Below, in pieces: positions 62,240-64,000 of a stretch of DNA of 64,000 nucleotides (position 1 is its first letter; each line of letters starts with the position of its first letter). The stretch spans positions 764,123 to 828,122 of the forward strand of contig NC_057752.1 of assembly GCF_004010195.1 (NCBI RefSeq), in the 5' to 3' direction. The DNA is from Chiloscyllium plagiosum. Lineage: Eukaryota. Made by a program: the position numbers and the translations under genes. Below the pieces are notes generated by a model. It searched no databases and was not told the origin of the DNA. It was given only the letters and a program-made list of their open reading frames with translations.

Positions 62240-64000
62240 TCATAGACCATAAGACCATAGATATAGGAGTAGATGAAAGCCATCTGGTACATCAAATCTG
62301 TTCCACCATTCAATCCTCAACTCCACTTTCCTGCCTTTTCCCCATAACCTTGGATTATCTTACTGATTAAAAATCTGTCTATCTTAACGTTGAATATGCT
62401 TAACGACCCAGCCTCAACAGCCCTCTGTGGTTAAAAGAAAACTGACAGATTCACTTCCCTCAGATGAAATTCCTCCTCATCTCTGTCTTTCATGGATGAC
62501 CCCTTATTCTGAAATTACACCCTCTGGTCCTAGACTCTCCCACAAAGGGAAACAGCCTCTCCGCATCTACCCTGTCAGGTCCCCTAGGAATCTTTTATGG
62601 TTCAGTGAAGTCTCCTCTTGCTCTTCTAAATTCCAATGCGTGCAAGCCCAAGCTACTCATTCTCTCCTAATAAGAAAATTCCTCCATAGCTGGAGTCAAC
62701 TCAGTGAACCTTCTCTGGACTGCCTCCAATGCCAGCATATCATCGACAAGAGGACAAAACTGTTCACAGTATTCAAAGCGTAGTCTGACGATTGCCTTGT
62801 CTATTTTTTAGCAAGACATAAATACTCTATTTCCTTTGAAATAAAGGTCGACAGTCCACATGCCTTCCTTATTACTGAGCTTGGATGCTAGCTTTTTGCG
62901 AGTTGTCTATGAGGACCTCCCAAATTCCTCTGTGCTGCAACTTTCTGCATTCTTTCCCCATTTAAGTAAGTTTCATCTCTTGTACTCTTCCTGCCAAAGT
63001 GCACAACCTTATCTTCCCGCATTATATTCTATCTGCCAGGTGTTTTTGCCCATTCACTCAACCTTCCTATAACCCTCTGTTAGCTTTTTCATCACTACTA
63101 CTTACTTTTGTGCTTAACTTTGTGTCATTTACAAACTTGGTGATTGTACATTCACTTCCATCATCCAAATCATTAATATAGTTCCAAATAATTGTGGCCT
63201 CAGCATTGATTTCTGTGTACCCCATTAGTTGTACCTCGCAATCCTAACAATGCTCCTCTTATTGCAACTCTGTCTTCTAGTAATTAACCAATCCTGTATC
63301 CATGCTAATATACTACCCCACATATCATAGTTCTTATTATGTAACATTTTTGTGCAGTAACTTATCGAATGGCATTTGGAAATCCAAATATATTACATCT
63401 ACTGGTTCTCCTTCATCTATCCTGCTCCTTAAAGCTCTTCTTCTCTGTTTCTATATTACCTGCTAGTTTGCCCTCAGTTTTCTTTTCTTTCTGCTTTTTG
63501 GTAATCTTTTGTAATTTTCATGCCTTTCCCTATCCTCTGGTTTATCACAAATCTTTGCCACATTGTATGTTTTTTTCTTCCAACTTGATACTATCCTTAA
63601 CTTCTTTGGTCAATCATACTCAGTTTATCCCCTTCTTAGAATCCTTCTCCCTCACTGTGATATATCTTTGTTGTGAGGCACAAGCTATTTCTTAAATGTC
63701 TGCCATTATACCTCTCCTCATCCATCTTTTCTGCTAACTCCTTTCCCACTCCATCTGCCCTCATCTCTATGTAAATGCCATTATTTAAGTTTCGCATAGT
63801 TTTTTTCCACATTTCTTACTCTCAAACTGAATGCTAAATGTTACCATGTTATGGTCATTGTAACCAAGAGGACATTTTAATCAGATCATTTATTAAACCT
63901 GTCTCATTGCCAGATCCAAAATAGCCTGATCGCTGCTTGGATCCACAACATATTATTTTAGGAAACTGTCCTGAATATGGTCTGAGTTCCTCTTTGTGGT
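62240..64000 (-). mobile_element. Decayed CR1 LINE running off the window end
   Basis: (ATAAGACC)n tail; colinear with 45540-46700 and 49400-49730. Confidence 0.75.

Noticed and set aside
61864..64000. Further AGAP2 exons (AKRKMWKLK-type exon, PH C-terminus, ArfGAP, ankyrin)
   Set aside because: Not found; the remainder is mostly CR1, so these exons presumably lie beyond the window.

Overview
Vertebrate genomic DNA, most likely a shark: it carries HE1-type tRNA SINEs with (TCTAA)n tails, CR1/HER1-like LINEs and DeuSINE cores. The window holds 11 internal coding exons (2667-61863, + strand, 1348 nt, one continuous frame, all GT-AG) of an AGAP-family Arf-GAP gene, best assigned to AGAP2/PIKE. 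They encode the GTPase-like domain and the N-terminal part of the split PH domain. Introns are packed with CR1, L2, Tx1 and Penelope-like retroelements, SINEs and a Tc1/mariner-type MITE, and there is an 857-nt N gap. The main unexpected system: two separate copies of the same short solo-LTR-like repeat (11618-12984; 22216-23240) have each been hit, the first repeatedly, by one Tx1-clade LINE family. All inserts sit at the same motif (GACACTCCTSTT, at the LTR's TATA-box position) and in the LTR's sense orientation, suggesting a sequence-specific LINE that parasitises an LTR promoter. One insertion is a full-length U6 snRNA-Tx1 chimera. Another carries a 5' junction copied from a locus-specific sequence 3.2 kb away. 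A Penelope hairpin at 4.1 kb has 22 of 24 arm mismatches as G-U pairs, the signature of A-to-I hyper-editing written into the assembly. Repeat names come from recall of family motifs, not database searches, and repeat boundaries are approximate.
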